64,000 nt of DNA from Patescibacteria group bacterium. Lineage in GTDB: Bacteria; Patescibacteriota; Microgenomatia; Levybacterales; UBA12049. Position 1 is the first letter of the stretch, and every line of letters begins with the position of its first letter. The position numbers were made by a program, and so were the translations under genes. Of the stretch, positions 38,670 to 48,342 are shown piece after piece. The notes beneath the pieces are model-generated. The model made no database searches and had not been told where the DNA came from. It worked only from the letters and a program-made list of their open reading frames with translations. The stretch covers positions 391,343-455,342 of the forward strand of contig BPJB01000001.1 in assembly GCA_026004395.1 (NCBI GenBank), given 5' to 3'.

Positions 38670-40667
38670 TTGACAAGACTTAACTTATTCTCGTATCATT
38701 TTTTTATGTCTGGATTTGAAAAGATTGATATCGGAAATATAAATCAAAAAATTAATGAACAAAATATAGGAAAATTTTCTATGACCAGAAAAAGATTAAA
38801 ACTTCGAAAAATCTCAAGAAAAGACGCTGGCATTATCGTTGGTATACTTCTAATTATTAGTATTTTTACCGTTTTTGGTTTGATTTTACCAGCATCTCGT
38901 GTTCTTGCATCTGCACGTGTTGCTTATTACCAGGCACGTATAATGACTACTGCTTTCAAACAGCAGAATGTAGATCTTGCAGCCTCTGAACTTAATAAAA
39001 CGAAAACAGCTCTAGCTAATACTCAAAAACATATGAGAAGTCTCTCTTATCTGCGGTTTGTTCCCGTTGTAAATATCTACTATAACGATGCTGATCATTT
39101 ATTAAAAGCAGGTGAGGAAGGGCTTAAAACAGCAGAAATCGTAATTACATCATTACAACCTTATGCAGATGTTTTGGGTTTGAAAGGTCAGGGAAGCTTT
39201 GTAGGGGGATCAGCAGAAGAGCGAATAAAGACAGCTGTTTTGACGATGGGGAAGATTACACCCAAAATTGATGAGATCTCTGACAGTCTTCAAATAATCC
39301 GCAAAGAAATTGATGGGATAGATCCTAATCATTATCCCGAGATTATCTTTGGCAAAAAAATTAAATCAGAACTAACCAAAATGCGAAAACTGACGGATCA
39401 AGGAGTAGAGCTAGTAAATGAAGCTAGACCCTTAATCAAGGTTCTTCCATCGCTCCTTGGTGAATCAGAACCAAAAAAATATCTGGTTTTATTCCAAAAT
39501 GACAAAGAGCTTAGACCAACAGGAGGATTTATAACTGCATATGCTATCTTTACTCTTGATAAAGGTATCATAAAACTAGAACGTCAAGATGATATTTATA
39601 ATTTGGATAACTCTATTCCTAATAAACCTAAAGCTCCTCCTCCTATCCTAAAATATTTACCTAAAGTTACTACATTTAATCTAAGAGATAGTAATCTTTC
39701 TCCTGATTTTGTTGAGTCAATGAAGACTTTTGAGAAATTTTATAACCAAGCAAGCCAGAAAACAGATATTGATGGCATTATTGCGATAGACACTCATGTG
39801 CTTGTTTCCACGATCAAGATACTTGATGATCAAATTACTGTTAATGGACAAACATACACTACAAAACCTGATGACAGATGTGGAGGATGTCCTCAAGTTA
39901 TTTATGAGCTTGAAGATAATATTTCTCGTCCTGTAAATTATGTCAGGACTGATCGTAAAGGACTTCTTGGAGATATGCTTGTTGCTCTAATGCAAAAATC
40001 TCTTTCTTCATCGCCTAAAATTTATTGGGGACCACTTTTTCAATCTATGCTAACACAAACGCATCAAAAACATATTCTTTTTTATCTTTATGATCAAGAT
40101 GCGCAGTCAGGGATAGAAGCGTTAAAGGCTGCAGGAAAAATATTACCTTTTGAAGGTGATTATTTTCATTTAAATGAAGCCAATTTTGCAGGAGCAAAAT
40201 CAAATTTATTTGTTGATCAGACCGTTGAGATGGAATATGAGATTCAGAAAGATGGCACAATTGTCAAAACTGTTACCATTAATTATAAAAATCCCCATCC
40301 TCCATCGGATTGTAATTTAGAGCGCGGTGGATTATGTCTTAATGCAGAACTTAGAGATTGGTTCCGTATCTATGTGCCAAAAGGAAGTCATCTTCGAAAC
40401 AGTAAAGGTTCAGAAGTCAAGATCACAACATATGAGGAGTTGGGGAAAACTGTTTTTGAAGGATTTTTGACAGTTAGACCTCGAGGAGCGACAAAGCTTG
40501 TTGTCTCATATGAGTTGCCTTTTAAACTCGCTAAAGAATCTCCACTACCTCTTCTTATTCAAAAGCAACCTGGTACATACGGACCTTTGTATAAGATTAA
40601 AATTAATGGTAAATTGGTCGAAAAATTTGAACTTCTTACAGATCAAGAGATCAAATTGAAGATTTAG
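38670..40667 (+). CDS. large membrane-anchored extracytoplasmic hypothetical protein (DUF4012-like?)
   Basis: 665 aa with a single N-terminal TM (IIVGILLIISIFTVFGLIL) and a long soluble domain, immediately downstream of the priming transferase. The family assignment is from memory and uncertain. Confidence 0.3.
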   Translation: MTRLNLFSYHFFMSGFEKIDIGNINQKINEQNIGKFSMTRKRLKLRKISRKDAGIIVGILLIISIFTVFGLILPASRVLASARVAYYQARIMTTAFKQQNVDLAASELNKTKTALANTQKHMRSLSYLRFVPVVNIYYNDADHLLKAGEEGLKTAEIVITSLQPYADVLGLKGQGSFVGGSAEERIKTAVLTMGKITPKIDEISDSLQIIRKEIDGIDPNHYPEIIFGKKIKSELTKMRKLTDQGVELVNEARPLIKVLPSLLGESEPKKYLVLFQNDKELRPTGGFITAYAIFTLDKGIIKLERQDDIYNLDNSIPNKPKAPPPILKYLPKVTTFNLRDSNLSPDFVESMKTFEKFYNQASQKTDIDGIIAIDTHVLVSTIKILDDQITVNGQTYTTKPDDRCGGCPQVIYELEDNISRPVNYVRTDRKGLLGDMLVALMQKSLSSSPKIYWGPLFQSMLTQTHQKHILFYLYDQDAQSGIEALKAAGKILPFEGDYFHLNEANFAGAKSNLFVDQTVEMEYEIQKDGTIVKTVTINYKNPHPPSDCNLERGGLCLNAELRDWFRIYVPKGSHLRNSKGSEVKITTYEELGKTVFEGFLTVRPRGATKLVVSYELPFKLAKESPLPLLIQKQPGTYGPLYKIKINGKLVEKFELLTDQEIKLKI

Positions 40668-40719
40668 TGTTTTACTTATGAGCTTGACAAGGGTATATAA
40701 CTCCTGTACAACTGCTAAT

Positions 40720-41271
40720 ATGCGCAACTTCAAAACAGAAGGAATTATCATCAAGCGGCGCAATGTCCACGAGGCTGATCGCATTCTTACAGTTCTCACA
40801 AAAGAATATGGAAAGCTGCAAATCAATGCCAGAGGAGTTCGCCGAATAACGAGTAAGAGAGCATCCCATATTGAACTTCTTAACTATACTCAATTTTCCC
40901 TCTATAAAGGTTCAAGTCTGCCTATTCTTGTTGAGGCTCAGATGATCGAAGGCTTTTCTAATATTAAAAATGATCTTAATAAGATAGGATTTGCTTATCA
41001 TATCTGTGAACTTATTGATGGATTGTGCCCTGAGAATCAGGAACAACACCAAGTATTTGATCTTCTTAAACTCACTCTTGAAAGATTAGCAAAAGGTGAA
41101 GAGAATTCATTAATAATTATTCATGAATTTGAAATCGATCTTTTGTCTTTTCTAGGATATTGGCACAAAGGAAAAGATTCTTCTCTAATTGACACTCAAC
41201 AATTTATTGAACACATTCTTGAACGTAAGCTCAAGAGTCATCAGATTTTTTCTCGTTTGTATAGATATTAA
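40720..41271 (+). CDS. recO: DNA repair protein RecO (short form)
   Basis: MRNFKTEGIIIKRRNVHEADRILTVLTKEYGKLQINARGVRR matches the RecO N-terminal OB-fold consensus. The internal ATG at 40720 was preferred to the ORF-track start at 40678. Confidence 0.55.
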   Translation: MRNFKTEGIIIKRRNVHEADRILTVLTKEYGKLQINARGVRRITSKRASHIELLNYTQFSLYKGSSLPILVEAQMIEGFSNIKNDLNKIGFAYHICELIDGLCPENQEQHQVFDLLKLTLERLAKGEENSLIIIHEFEIDLLSFLGYWHKGKDSSLIDTQQFIEHILERKLKSHQIFSRLYRY

Positions 41272-41670
41272 AAATGCTGGGTTATTTGCCAAAAGTGCTT
41301 TTGTAGTTTACACTCTAAAATATAATCCTTTCATTTCTACATAAAAATTGAGTAATATTTTATCTCTCGCATTGAAAACCTATTAATTTATTAAAATCTT
41401 ATTTAATCAACAAATTGTCAGAAATTAAACATTGTTAAAATTTAGAGCGATTTAAGAAGAGTTTTCGACAATGAAATGATGTATAAGATATTCAGAGAGC
41501 ATTATTATTGATGGTATTGAGGGATTTTAATATTCTTTTGATTAGTGGAAAAATTTTCAAAAGTTAGTGAATCTTTTGGACTATTGTATAACTAAATAAA
41601 ATGCCAGAAATATATTCTTAGACCTATACACCCACTTTCACCTCTTTATTTTTTCTGCTATTATACGCTC

Positions 41671-43140
41671 ATGGCTGAGAATAAAATGGAAAAACTAACT
41701 GCTCTTTTTAAACGACGCGGATTTGTATACCCAGGATCGGAGATTTATGGTGGATTAGCAAACACTTATGATTATGGTCCTGTTGGGACTGAGCTTCTCA
41801 GAAATATTAGAAATTTATGGTGGAAGGAGTTTGTAATAAGAAGAGATGATATTGTGGGTCTTGAGGCAAGTATTATTTCCCATCGAAAAGTATGGGAAGC
41901 ATCAGGGCATACTGTCGGTTTTTCTGATGCATTTGTTGACTGTAAAAACTGTAAAGTACGCATCCGTGCTGATCAATTAATTGAGGATTATCTAGAAAAA
42001 AATGCAGATACACTTGAGAAGATAGATGTCACAGAACTTATTCTACCTGAAGGATTATCGTTCGAGGATGTAATCCGTTACATTCAACAGAAAAAAGTAG
42101 AAGGATTTTCAGAAGCCCAACTAGATTCGATTATCAAACTTCACGCTATTCCTTGTCCAAATTGTGGAGCGGTCAATTGGACACCAGTTCGAAGATTTAA
42201 TCTTCTTTTTCCTATTAAACTGGGTATCGTTGAGGGTGAACAAAGTCTTGCATATCTTCGTGGGGAAACTGCTCAAGGGATGTTTATCAATTTTGAAAAT
42301 ATAGTTAACTCAACTCGAGTTAAGCTTCCCTTTGGTATTGCGCAACTGGGAAAATCTTTTAGAAATGAGATTACTCTTGGAAACTCAATTTTTAGGACAA
42401 TTGAGTTTGATCAAGCCGAGATAGAGTATTTTTTTCATCCCAAGAAAGAAAATTGGGAAGAAATATTTGATAGTTGGAAGAAATTAATGTGGGAATTCAT
42501 CACAGAACGTCTAGGTGTGAACAAAGAAAATCTTCGCTGGCGTGAACATTCTGATAAAGAACGTTCGTTTTATAGTAAAAAAACAGTAGATCTTGAATAT
42601 AAATATCCATTTGGATTCAAAGAATTATGGGGTATTGCGTATAGAACAGATTATGATCTCAAACAACATGCAGCAGCATCCAAACATGAGCTTTCAATTG
42701 TCGATCCTGAAACAAACGAGAAAATTATCCCTCATGTAATTGAGCCGGCACTTGGAATTAATCGCTTGTTCCTTACACTTCTTTGCGATGCATATTTTGA
42801 AGAAAAAGATAGGATTGTCTTGCGATTACATCCGAGAATTGCACCTATTAAAGTTGCAGTTTTTCCACTTTTAAAGAACAGAAAAGATCTTGTAGAGAAA
42901 GCTAGAGAAGTTTATCAAATATTAAAAAAATCTATAGATGGGAAGATTTTATGGGATGATAGAGGTAATATTGGAAAAAGATATCTTTCACAAGATGAAA
43001 TAGGAACTCCATGGTGTGTAACTATTGATTTTGATACACTTGTTGATAATACGGTAACAGTACGAGACAGGGACACTACCAATCAGGAGAGGATTGCAAT
43101 TCAAGATCTTGCAAATTATTTCAGTAATAAGCTACTATAA
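41671..43140 (+). CDS. glyQS: glycine--tRNA ligase (class II, homodimeric GlyRS)
   Basis: N-terminal LFKRRGFVYPGSEIYGGLANTYDYGPVGTELLRNI, class II motifs and a C-terminal anticodon-binding domain. Confidence 0.9.
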   Translation: MAENKMEKLTALFKRRGFVYPGSEIYGGLANTYDYGPVGTELLRNIRNLWWKEFVIRRDDIVGLEASIISHRKVWEASGHTVGFSDAFVDCKNCKVRIRADQLIEDYLEKNADTLEKIDVTELILPEGLSFEDVIRYIQQKKVEGFSEAQLDSIIKLHAIPCPNCGAVNWTPVRRFNLLFPIKLGIVEGEQSLAYLRGETAQGMFINFENIVNSTRVKLPFGIAQLGKSFRNEITLGNSIFRTIEFDQAEIEYFFHPKKENWEEIFDSWKKLMWEFITERLGVNKENLRWREHSDKERSFYSKKTVDLEYKYPFGFKELWGIAYRTDYDLKQHAAASKHELSIVDPETNEKIIPHVIEPALGINRLFLTLLCDAYFEEKDRIVLRLHPRIAPIKVAVFPLLKNRKDLVEKAREVYQILKKSIDGKILWDDRGNIGKRYLSQDEIGTPWCVTIDFDTLVDNTVTVRDRDTTNQERIAIQDLANYFSNKLL

Positions 43141-43705
43141 AGATGTGAACAAAGAATCATATCGAGATTCATTACCACCAGATTCTTCTCCTTTTACGAC
43201 TAATGATAATAGATTGAGATCCTCTCCTACATTTAATCCTGATGATCTCTTTTATCCTGGAACTATTCATCTAACTGACTATGGTAGTAAAATCCAAAAA
43301 GGATTACTTCATATCCAAAGTTTGGAAAGAAATAGCGATGTTAATGATCCTTATGTGATGTCACCTGAGAAGCAGAAGGAGGAGCTATCAGAGTTTTTAT
43401 CAACTGCTGATTCTTTGGGGATGCCTACTCAATTAGATTATTGGAGAGGAGTAGTTTCACCTCAATTTACTGAGGCAATTGAAAAAAGGAATAATGATAT
43501 TGCAGCAAATTTAATAACAAAAGATGTAAATCAACATGATCGAGCAGTAATGGATCAATCCTATCCTTTAATTAGATATAAAGATAGAATAGGAGAGATT
43601 ATTAATGAGGCGAAAAAAAGAATAAAAAAGAAGTATCAAATTTTTCCCAATCCTCAAGTTGACAACTCAGCTGGAGTTGTTAAAATAAATCAATCAGGAG
43701 ATTAA
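43094..43705 (+). CDS. hypothetical protein
   Basis: ORF only. Start is uncertain because it overlaps the end of glyQS by 47 nt. Confidence 0.3.
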   Translation: MQFKILQIISVISYYKDVNKESYRDSLPPDSSPFTTNDNRLRSSPTFNPDDLFYPGTIHLTDYGSKIQKGLLHIQSLERNSDVNDPYVMSPEKQKEELSEFLSTADSLGMPTQLDYWRGVVSPQFTEAIEKRNNDIAANLITKDVNQHDRAVMDQSYPLIRYKDRIGEIINEAKKRIKKKYQIFPNPQVDNSAGVVKINQSGD

Positions 43706-44187
43706 TGAAACATAAGAATTTTATTATATTAGGTGTAGTTTTCCTTCTTATTTTGTTTGTGGGAGGTTATTTTCTGTTGGGTAATAAAACTCAACCGGAG
43801 TTAAAAGAAGAGACTCGATCTGTTGAGGAAGAAGTAATAACTCTCAAACCCGAGGAGATTGGTCTACAAATAATGGCAAGTGCGAATAAGAAGCAAGTTA
43901 AATTTATAATTAATAAATTGAATGGTATTCAATCTATTGAGTATGAACTTTCTTATGAAGCAGATGCTGTTAGCGGTGATGAACAGCGTATTTCACGCGG
44001 GATTGCAGGAGAAGACGTTATTAAACCTGGTATGAAAAAATATGAGTCTAAGTTCTTAGATCTTGGTAGTTGTTCCAGTGGTACCTGCCGATACGATACA
44101 GGTGTTGAATCAGTTAATCTTCTTCTCAAATTAACAAAGGATGACGGCAAAGTCTATCAGGTAGAAGACTCCCTTTCTCTAATCTGA
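43705..44187 (+). CDS. hypothetical membrane-anchored or secreted protein
   Basis: N-terminal hydrophobic helix (IILGVVFLLILFVGGYFLL). No recognised domain. Confidence 0.35.
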   Translation: MKHKNFIILGVVFLLILFVGGYFLLGNKTQPELKEETRSVEEEVITLKPEEIGLQIMASANKKQVKFIINKLNGIQSIEYELSYEADAVSGDEQRISRGIAGEDVIKPGMKKYESKFLDLGSCSSGTCRYDTGVESVNLLLKLTKDDGKVYQVEDSLSLI

Positions 44188-44361
44188 TATTTAAATCCAC
44201 ACATCACATTTAGACCATTTCTTAATTTTAGAACTAAATAATTGCAATAAAGATTATTTTGACGTTTACCCACTACTTATTGTGTTTGATGCTTTTATAA
44301 GACACTACAGTAACATTATTCTAGTTGACAAACTCATCAAACTGGTGCAAAATATTAAAAA

Positions 44362-44388
44362 GTAGTGATTTGTAGTGATAAGTAGTGA
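44362..44388 (+). promoter_or_regulatory. three direct GTAGTGA repeats with exact 10-bp phasing, candidate MraZ operator in the dcw promoter region
   Basis: GTAGTGA at 44362, 44372 and 44382, 20-46 nt upstream of the mraZ start. MraZ is known to bind phased direct repeats upstream of its own gene. A TTGACA hexamer lies at 44325-44330. Confidence 0.45.
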
Positions 44389-44407
44389 ATCTGCTCGTTA
44401 ACATACT

Positions 44408-44845
44408 ATGCTTTTAGGACAGATTGAGGGAAAAGTAAGCAAGAAGTTTCAAACAGCTATTCCCAAGCAGTTTAGGCAGCATTTGGGACAAAAAATAATT
44501 ATTACTAAAGGTATTGATGTTTGCTTGATGATTGTTAGTATTGGCCAAATGCAAACACTGCTTGAAGGAACAGAGGGAAAGCCATTTATAGATAAATCAA
44601 CACGAGAACTGCAGAGATATCTATTTGGCAATGCATTTGCGGTATCTCTTGATGATCAAGGAAGATTTGTTCTTCCCCAGTTTTTAAGGAACTATGCAAA
44701 AATTAGGCGTGAAGTAGTGTTTGTAGGCATACAGCGGTATGTAGAGCTGTGGGATAAGAAACTCTGGAACGAACATCAAAAAAGCATAGAAAAAACAGTA
44801 GATTTACTCACTACAGATCTGTCCACATCATCGGGACATGAATAA
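44408..44845 (+). CDS. mraZ: transcriptional regulator MraZ
   Basis: About 145 aa with a duplicated MraZ fold. The second DxxxR motif is present (LDDQGRFVLPQFLRNYA). First gene of the dcw cluster. Confidence 0.75.
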   Translation: MLLGQIEGKVSKKFQTAIPKQFRQHLGQKIIITKGIDVCLMIVSIGQMQTLLEGTEGKPFIDKSTRELQRYLFGNAFAVSLDDQGRFVLPQFLRNYAKIRREVVFVGIQRYVELWDKKLWNEHQKSIEKTVDLLTTDLSTSSGHE

Positions 44846-45719
44846 TTATCATACACCTGTTCTTTTACAAGAAGTACTAGATTTACTGGATGTGAATGAG
44901 GGAAAGCTTTATATAGACGCTACTCTTGGAGGAGGTGGACACGCTCTTGGCATTTTAGAGAAAGGTGGTCGAGTATTAGGAATTGATGTTGATCAGGAGG
45001 CTCTAGATTACGTTAGACATTCTCTTCAGGAAGGGGAGAATAAAGTCGAAAATATTACTTTAGTCAGAGGAAATTTTCGTGATATTGATGCAATTGCCAA
45101 GAATGTTGGATTTACGAATGTCGATGGAATTTTGTTTGATTTAGGAGTATCCAGTCATCAGTTGGATACTCCAGAGAGAGGTTTTAGTTTTCAAGAAGGT
45201 CCTCTAGATATGCGAATGAGTAAAGACTTGGTGGTAACGGCAAAAGATTTAGTGAATGGTCTTACTAAAAATGAACTAAGAGAATTGTTTGAGCGTTTTG
45301 GAGAAGAACGCTTTGCTAAGAAGATAGCTCAGGTAATTGTAGAACAACGTAAGAAACATCCGATTGAGACGACAAAACAGTTAGCGGATATCATCAAAAG
45401 AGCTGTTCCTTATCAACAAGGTCGTATCCATCCAGCAACTCGAGTATTTCAAGCACTGCGGATCGTAGTAAATGATGAGCTTGCAAATATCAGGACGGCT
45501 TTACCGAAAGCATTAAATTTGCTTAGGAGAGGAGGAAGAATTGTAGTAATCTCATTCCATTCACTAGAGGATAAAATCGTGAAAAAACAATTTGATGATT
45601 GGGAACAGAGAGGACTCGTAAAAATAATTACCAAAAAACCAATAGTACCAGGAAGAGAAGAAAAATTAAAAAATAGGAGGAGTAGAAGTGCAAAGCTGCG
45701 TGCAATTGAAAAATTATAG
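44838..45719 (+). CDS. rsmH: 16S rRNA (cytosine1402-N4)-methyltransferase RsmH (MraW)
   Basis: HTPVLLQEVLDLL...IDATLGGGGHA SAM-binding motif. Position after mraZ. Confidence 0.9.
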   Translation: MNNYHTPVLLQEVLDLLDVNEGKLYIDATLGGGGHALGILEKGGRVLGIDVDQEALDYVRHSLQEGENKVENITLVRGNFRDIDAIAKNVGFTNVDGILFDLGVSSHQLDTPERGFSFQEGPLDMRMSKDLVVTAKDLVNGLTKNELRELFERFGEERFAKKIAQVIVEQRKKHPIETTKQLADIIKRAVPYQQGRIHPATRVFQALRIVVNDELANIRTALPKALNLLRRGGRIVVISFHSLEDKIVKKQFDDWEQRGLVKIITKKPIVPGREEKLKNRRSRSAKLRAIEKL

Positions 45720-45724
45720 TTAAT

Positions 45725-46006
45725 ATGAAAAAACCTTTATACTTTATCATTTTCAATATTGTCATTATTATTGCTCTTTCGCTTGTGCAGGTCGTAATTG
45801 CCAATAGCATATCAACGACAGGTATTGAATTAGCAAAACTTCAAAGTGAGATCTCAGAGTTAAAAAAGAAGAACGCTTTGCTTTACGAACAGATATTAAT
45901 ATCCTCGTCTCTCACACAAATTGCATCAGCGGCATCTACAATGGGATTTGAAGAGACGACATCGCAACTTGTCATTTCATCACCATTGCCAATCGCAAGA
46001 AGATAA
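45725..46006 (+). CDS. ftsL: cell division protein FtsL-like (small bitopic coiled-coil protein)
   Basis: 93 aa, single TM followed by a coiled-coil segment. Located between rsmH and ftsI. Confidence 0.5.
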   Translation: MKKPLYFIIFNIVIIIALSLVQVVIANSISTTGIELAKLQSEISELKKKNALLYEQILISSSLTQIASAASTMGFEETTSQLVISSPLPIARR

Positions 46007-47685
46007 TGAGTTGGAGATATAGAGTTATTTTTTTATTTTTTACATTCTGTTTTCTAGCAATTATTGTCAGACTTTTCTACTGGCAGGGTGTAAAAGCAGA
46101 GCAACTTTCAGCATTAGGTGAGTCGCAATATGGTAAACATATTAAACTTATTCCTCTTCGTGGGGAAATCCGCACAAGCGATGGTTTTCCTATTGCTTCC
46201 AACAAAATAACCTATTTGGTATTTGCCAATCCTAAAGAGGTACGCGATAGAGAGAAAACCGTGCGGCTTCTTGCTCCTTTACTCGATCTAGAAGAAGCAT
46301 CTCTCTCAGCTCTCCTTTCTCTTAACAGATATTGGGTTGCTCTAAAGTCAAAGGTAAGTCCTGAAAAAAAGGAAGTAATTGAAAAACTTGATCTTCCAGG
46401 AATTGGTTTTGATGATCAGTCTGTTCGTTTTTATCCTGAAGCATCTCTAGCCGCAAAACTTCTCGGTTTTGTTGGTAAAAATGAACAAGGTGATGATCAA
46501 GGATATTTTGGTCTTGAAGGATATTATGATAGACAATTAAGAGGTAAAGAAGGAATTGCTACCCAAGTACATGATGCATTAGGAAGGCCAATATTGGCAA
46601 AATTGAATAATTCATCCGGTGAGAAAAACGGCCGTAATCTTATACTTCATGTAGATCGGGTACTACAGTTTATTCTTGAAAAAGAATTACAAGAAGGAAT
46701 TGAGCGTTACGGTGCTCAAGGCGGAATGGCCGCAATGATGGATCCAAAGACAGGCGGGATTCTTGCAATGGCCTCATTTCCAAGTTTTGATCCCCAGAAA
46801 TATAATGAATTCTCAGATAAGGAGTATAAGAATAATTTTATTAGCGATACCTATGAACCTGGATCTACATTTAAGCCACTTATAATGGCAGCTGCTCTTG
46901 ATAGTAATTTAGTCAAGCCTGATACGCGCTGTCCATCATGTTCTGGACCGGTTGAAATTGGCGGCTATAGCATTAAGACATGGAATAATAAATACCATCC
47001 TTATCTGACGATGACTGAGGTGATTCAATACTCTGATAATACAGGTATGGTATTTGTAGGACAAAAACTAGGTCTTGAAAGAATGCTTGATTATCTTCAA
47101 CGGTTTGGATTTGGAGAAGCAACAGGAATTGATTTGCAGGGTGAGGTCGTACCTCCTCTTCGTCCGCGAAGCCAATGGTATCCTATAGATATTGCAACAG
47201 CAAGTTTTGGTCAGGGAATATCTGTTACACCTGTAGAGCTTCTCAGTGCTTTTTCATCTATTGCTAACAAAGGGATTCGTATGGAGCCGCATGTTGTTGC
47301 TGCAGTTCAAACATCAGAAGGTGAGATTATTAGAATTCCTCCTAAAAAGATTAATCAACCAATCTCAGAAACAACTGCAAAAATTATGACTGAAATGCTT
47401 GTTAATGCCGTTGAAAAAGGAGAAGCAAAATGGGCAAAGCCGAAAGGATATCGAATAGCAGGTAAAACAGGTACAGCACAGATTGCTGTTGAGGGTCACT
47501 ATGACCCAAACAAGACTATTCCTTCGTTCATTGGATTTGCACCTGCTGATGATCCCAAATTTGTAATGCTGGTAGTTTTGGATAGGCCAACAAAATCTAT
47601 CTATGGTTCTGAAACAGCTGCACCAATTTTTTTCCGTATTGCCAAAAAAGCATTACTTTATTACAACATAGCTCCAACTAATTAA
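46006..47685 (+). CDS. ftsI: peptidoglycan D,D-transpeptidase FtsI / class B penicillin-binding protein
   Basis: N-terminal TM, SxxK (GSTFKP), SxN (YSDNTG) and KTG (GKTGTAQ) motifs. Confidence 0.85.
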   Translation: MSWRYRVIFLFFTFCFLAIIVRLFYWQGVKAEQLSALGESQYGKHIKLIPLRGEIRTSDGFPIASNKITYLVFANPKEVRDREKTVRLLAPLLDLEEASLSALLSLNRYWVALKSKVSPEKKEVIEKLDLPGIGFDDQSVRFYPEASLAAKLLGFVGKNEQGDDQGYFGLEGYYDRQLRGKEGIATQVHDALGRPILAKLNNSSGEKNGRNLILHVDRVLQFILEKELQEGIERYGAQGGMAAMMDPKTGGILAMASFPSFDPQKYNEFSDKEYKNNFISDTYEPGSTFKPLIMAAALDSNLVKPDTRCPSCSGPVEIGGYSIKTWNNKYHPYLTMTEVIQYSDNTGMVFVGQKLGLERMLDYLQRFGFGEATGIDLQGEVVPPLRPRSQWYPIDIATASFGQGISVTPVELLSAFSSIANKGIRMEPHVVAAVQTSEGEIIRIPPKKINQPISETTAKIMTEMLVNAVEKGEAKWAKPKGYRIAGKTGTAQIAVEGHYDPNKTIPSFIGFAPADDPKFVMLVVLDRPTKSIYGSETAAPIFFRIAKKALLYYNIAPTN

Positions 47686-47718
47686 AAATTAGAGTAAAAG
47701 TTCAGTTGATAATCTAAG

Positions 47719-48048
47719 TTAGATAATTGATGCTCCTGGGGTTGATCTTTCGGATGTTGTAAGCGGAAGAGGCTTATTTTCATTTGTACACAATATCATA
47801 CCTTGTGACTCTTCTCCTAAAAATTTTCTTGGTTCAAGATTAATAATAAAGATGAAGTCTTTTCCTTCAAAATCTTCTGGTTGATAAATTGGATAAAGGC
47901 TTGTTAGAATATTGCGCACTCCTTCGTTGCCAAAATCAACAGTCAGACGAATAAGTTTTTCCGCATTCTCTTTTCTTTCTGCTTTAACAACACGCCCTAC
48001 CCGTAAATCAATCTTTGCAAACTCTTCTTTTGTAATAAATGGCTTCAT
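47719..48048 (-). CDS. tRNA-binding domain protein (CsaA / EMAP-II / MetRS C-terminal-like)
   Basis: KIDLRVGRVVKAER...KLIRLTVDFG pattern of the Myf/tRNA_bind OB-fold. Only convincing minus-strand gene in the window. Confidence 0.6.
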   Translation of the reverse strand: MKPFITKEEFAKIDLRVGRVVKAERKENAEKLIRLTVDFGNEGVRNILTSLYPIYQPEDFEGKDFIFIINLEPRKFLGEESQGMILCTNENKPLPLTTSERSTPGASII

Positions 48049-48342
48049 ACCTATATTGTAGCAGATTCATCAACAATTTGAAGATCTCAGTTAGCTAGTA
48101 GTTATAAATTTTTTTCTACTATGATCTACTAATGAGAGGAGTTAGAGAGTGTGAGTGTTTTTTAGCAGTTGCTTCTTTCTAATTTCCAAATTTAATGAAT
48201 TATGTATTGCTGCAAGTATTTTTATCTGAACAATTATGCTATTATAGAGCAAAGCTATTTTTGGGATTTAACTCAAAACTCTCAGATATAGTACTAATCT
48301 ATTCTAGAGATGATTATTCTCAATATATGATGTAATCATATA

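Noticed and set aside
41290-41310. Inverted repeat CAAAAG-TG-CTTTTG just after recO as a rho-independent terminator
   Set aside because: The stem is 6 bp and AT-rich, the loop is only 2 nt, and no U-tract follows. This is too weak to call.
41272-41670. Possible T-box riboswitch or tRNA in the long leader upstream of glyQS
   Set aside because: Neither the T-box consensus nor a tRNA-like GTTCGAATC T-loop with cloverleaf complementarity was found by eye, so no RNA feature is reported. An Infernal or tRNAscan run would be decisive.
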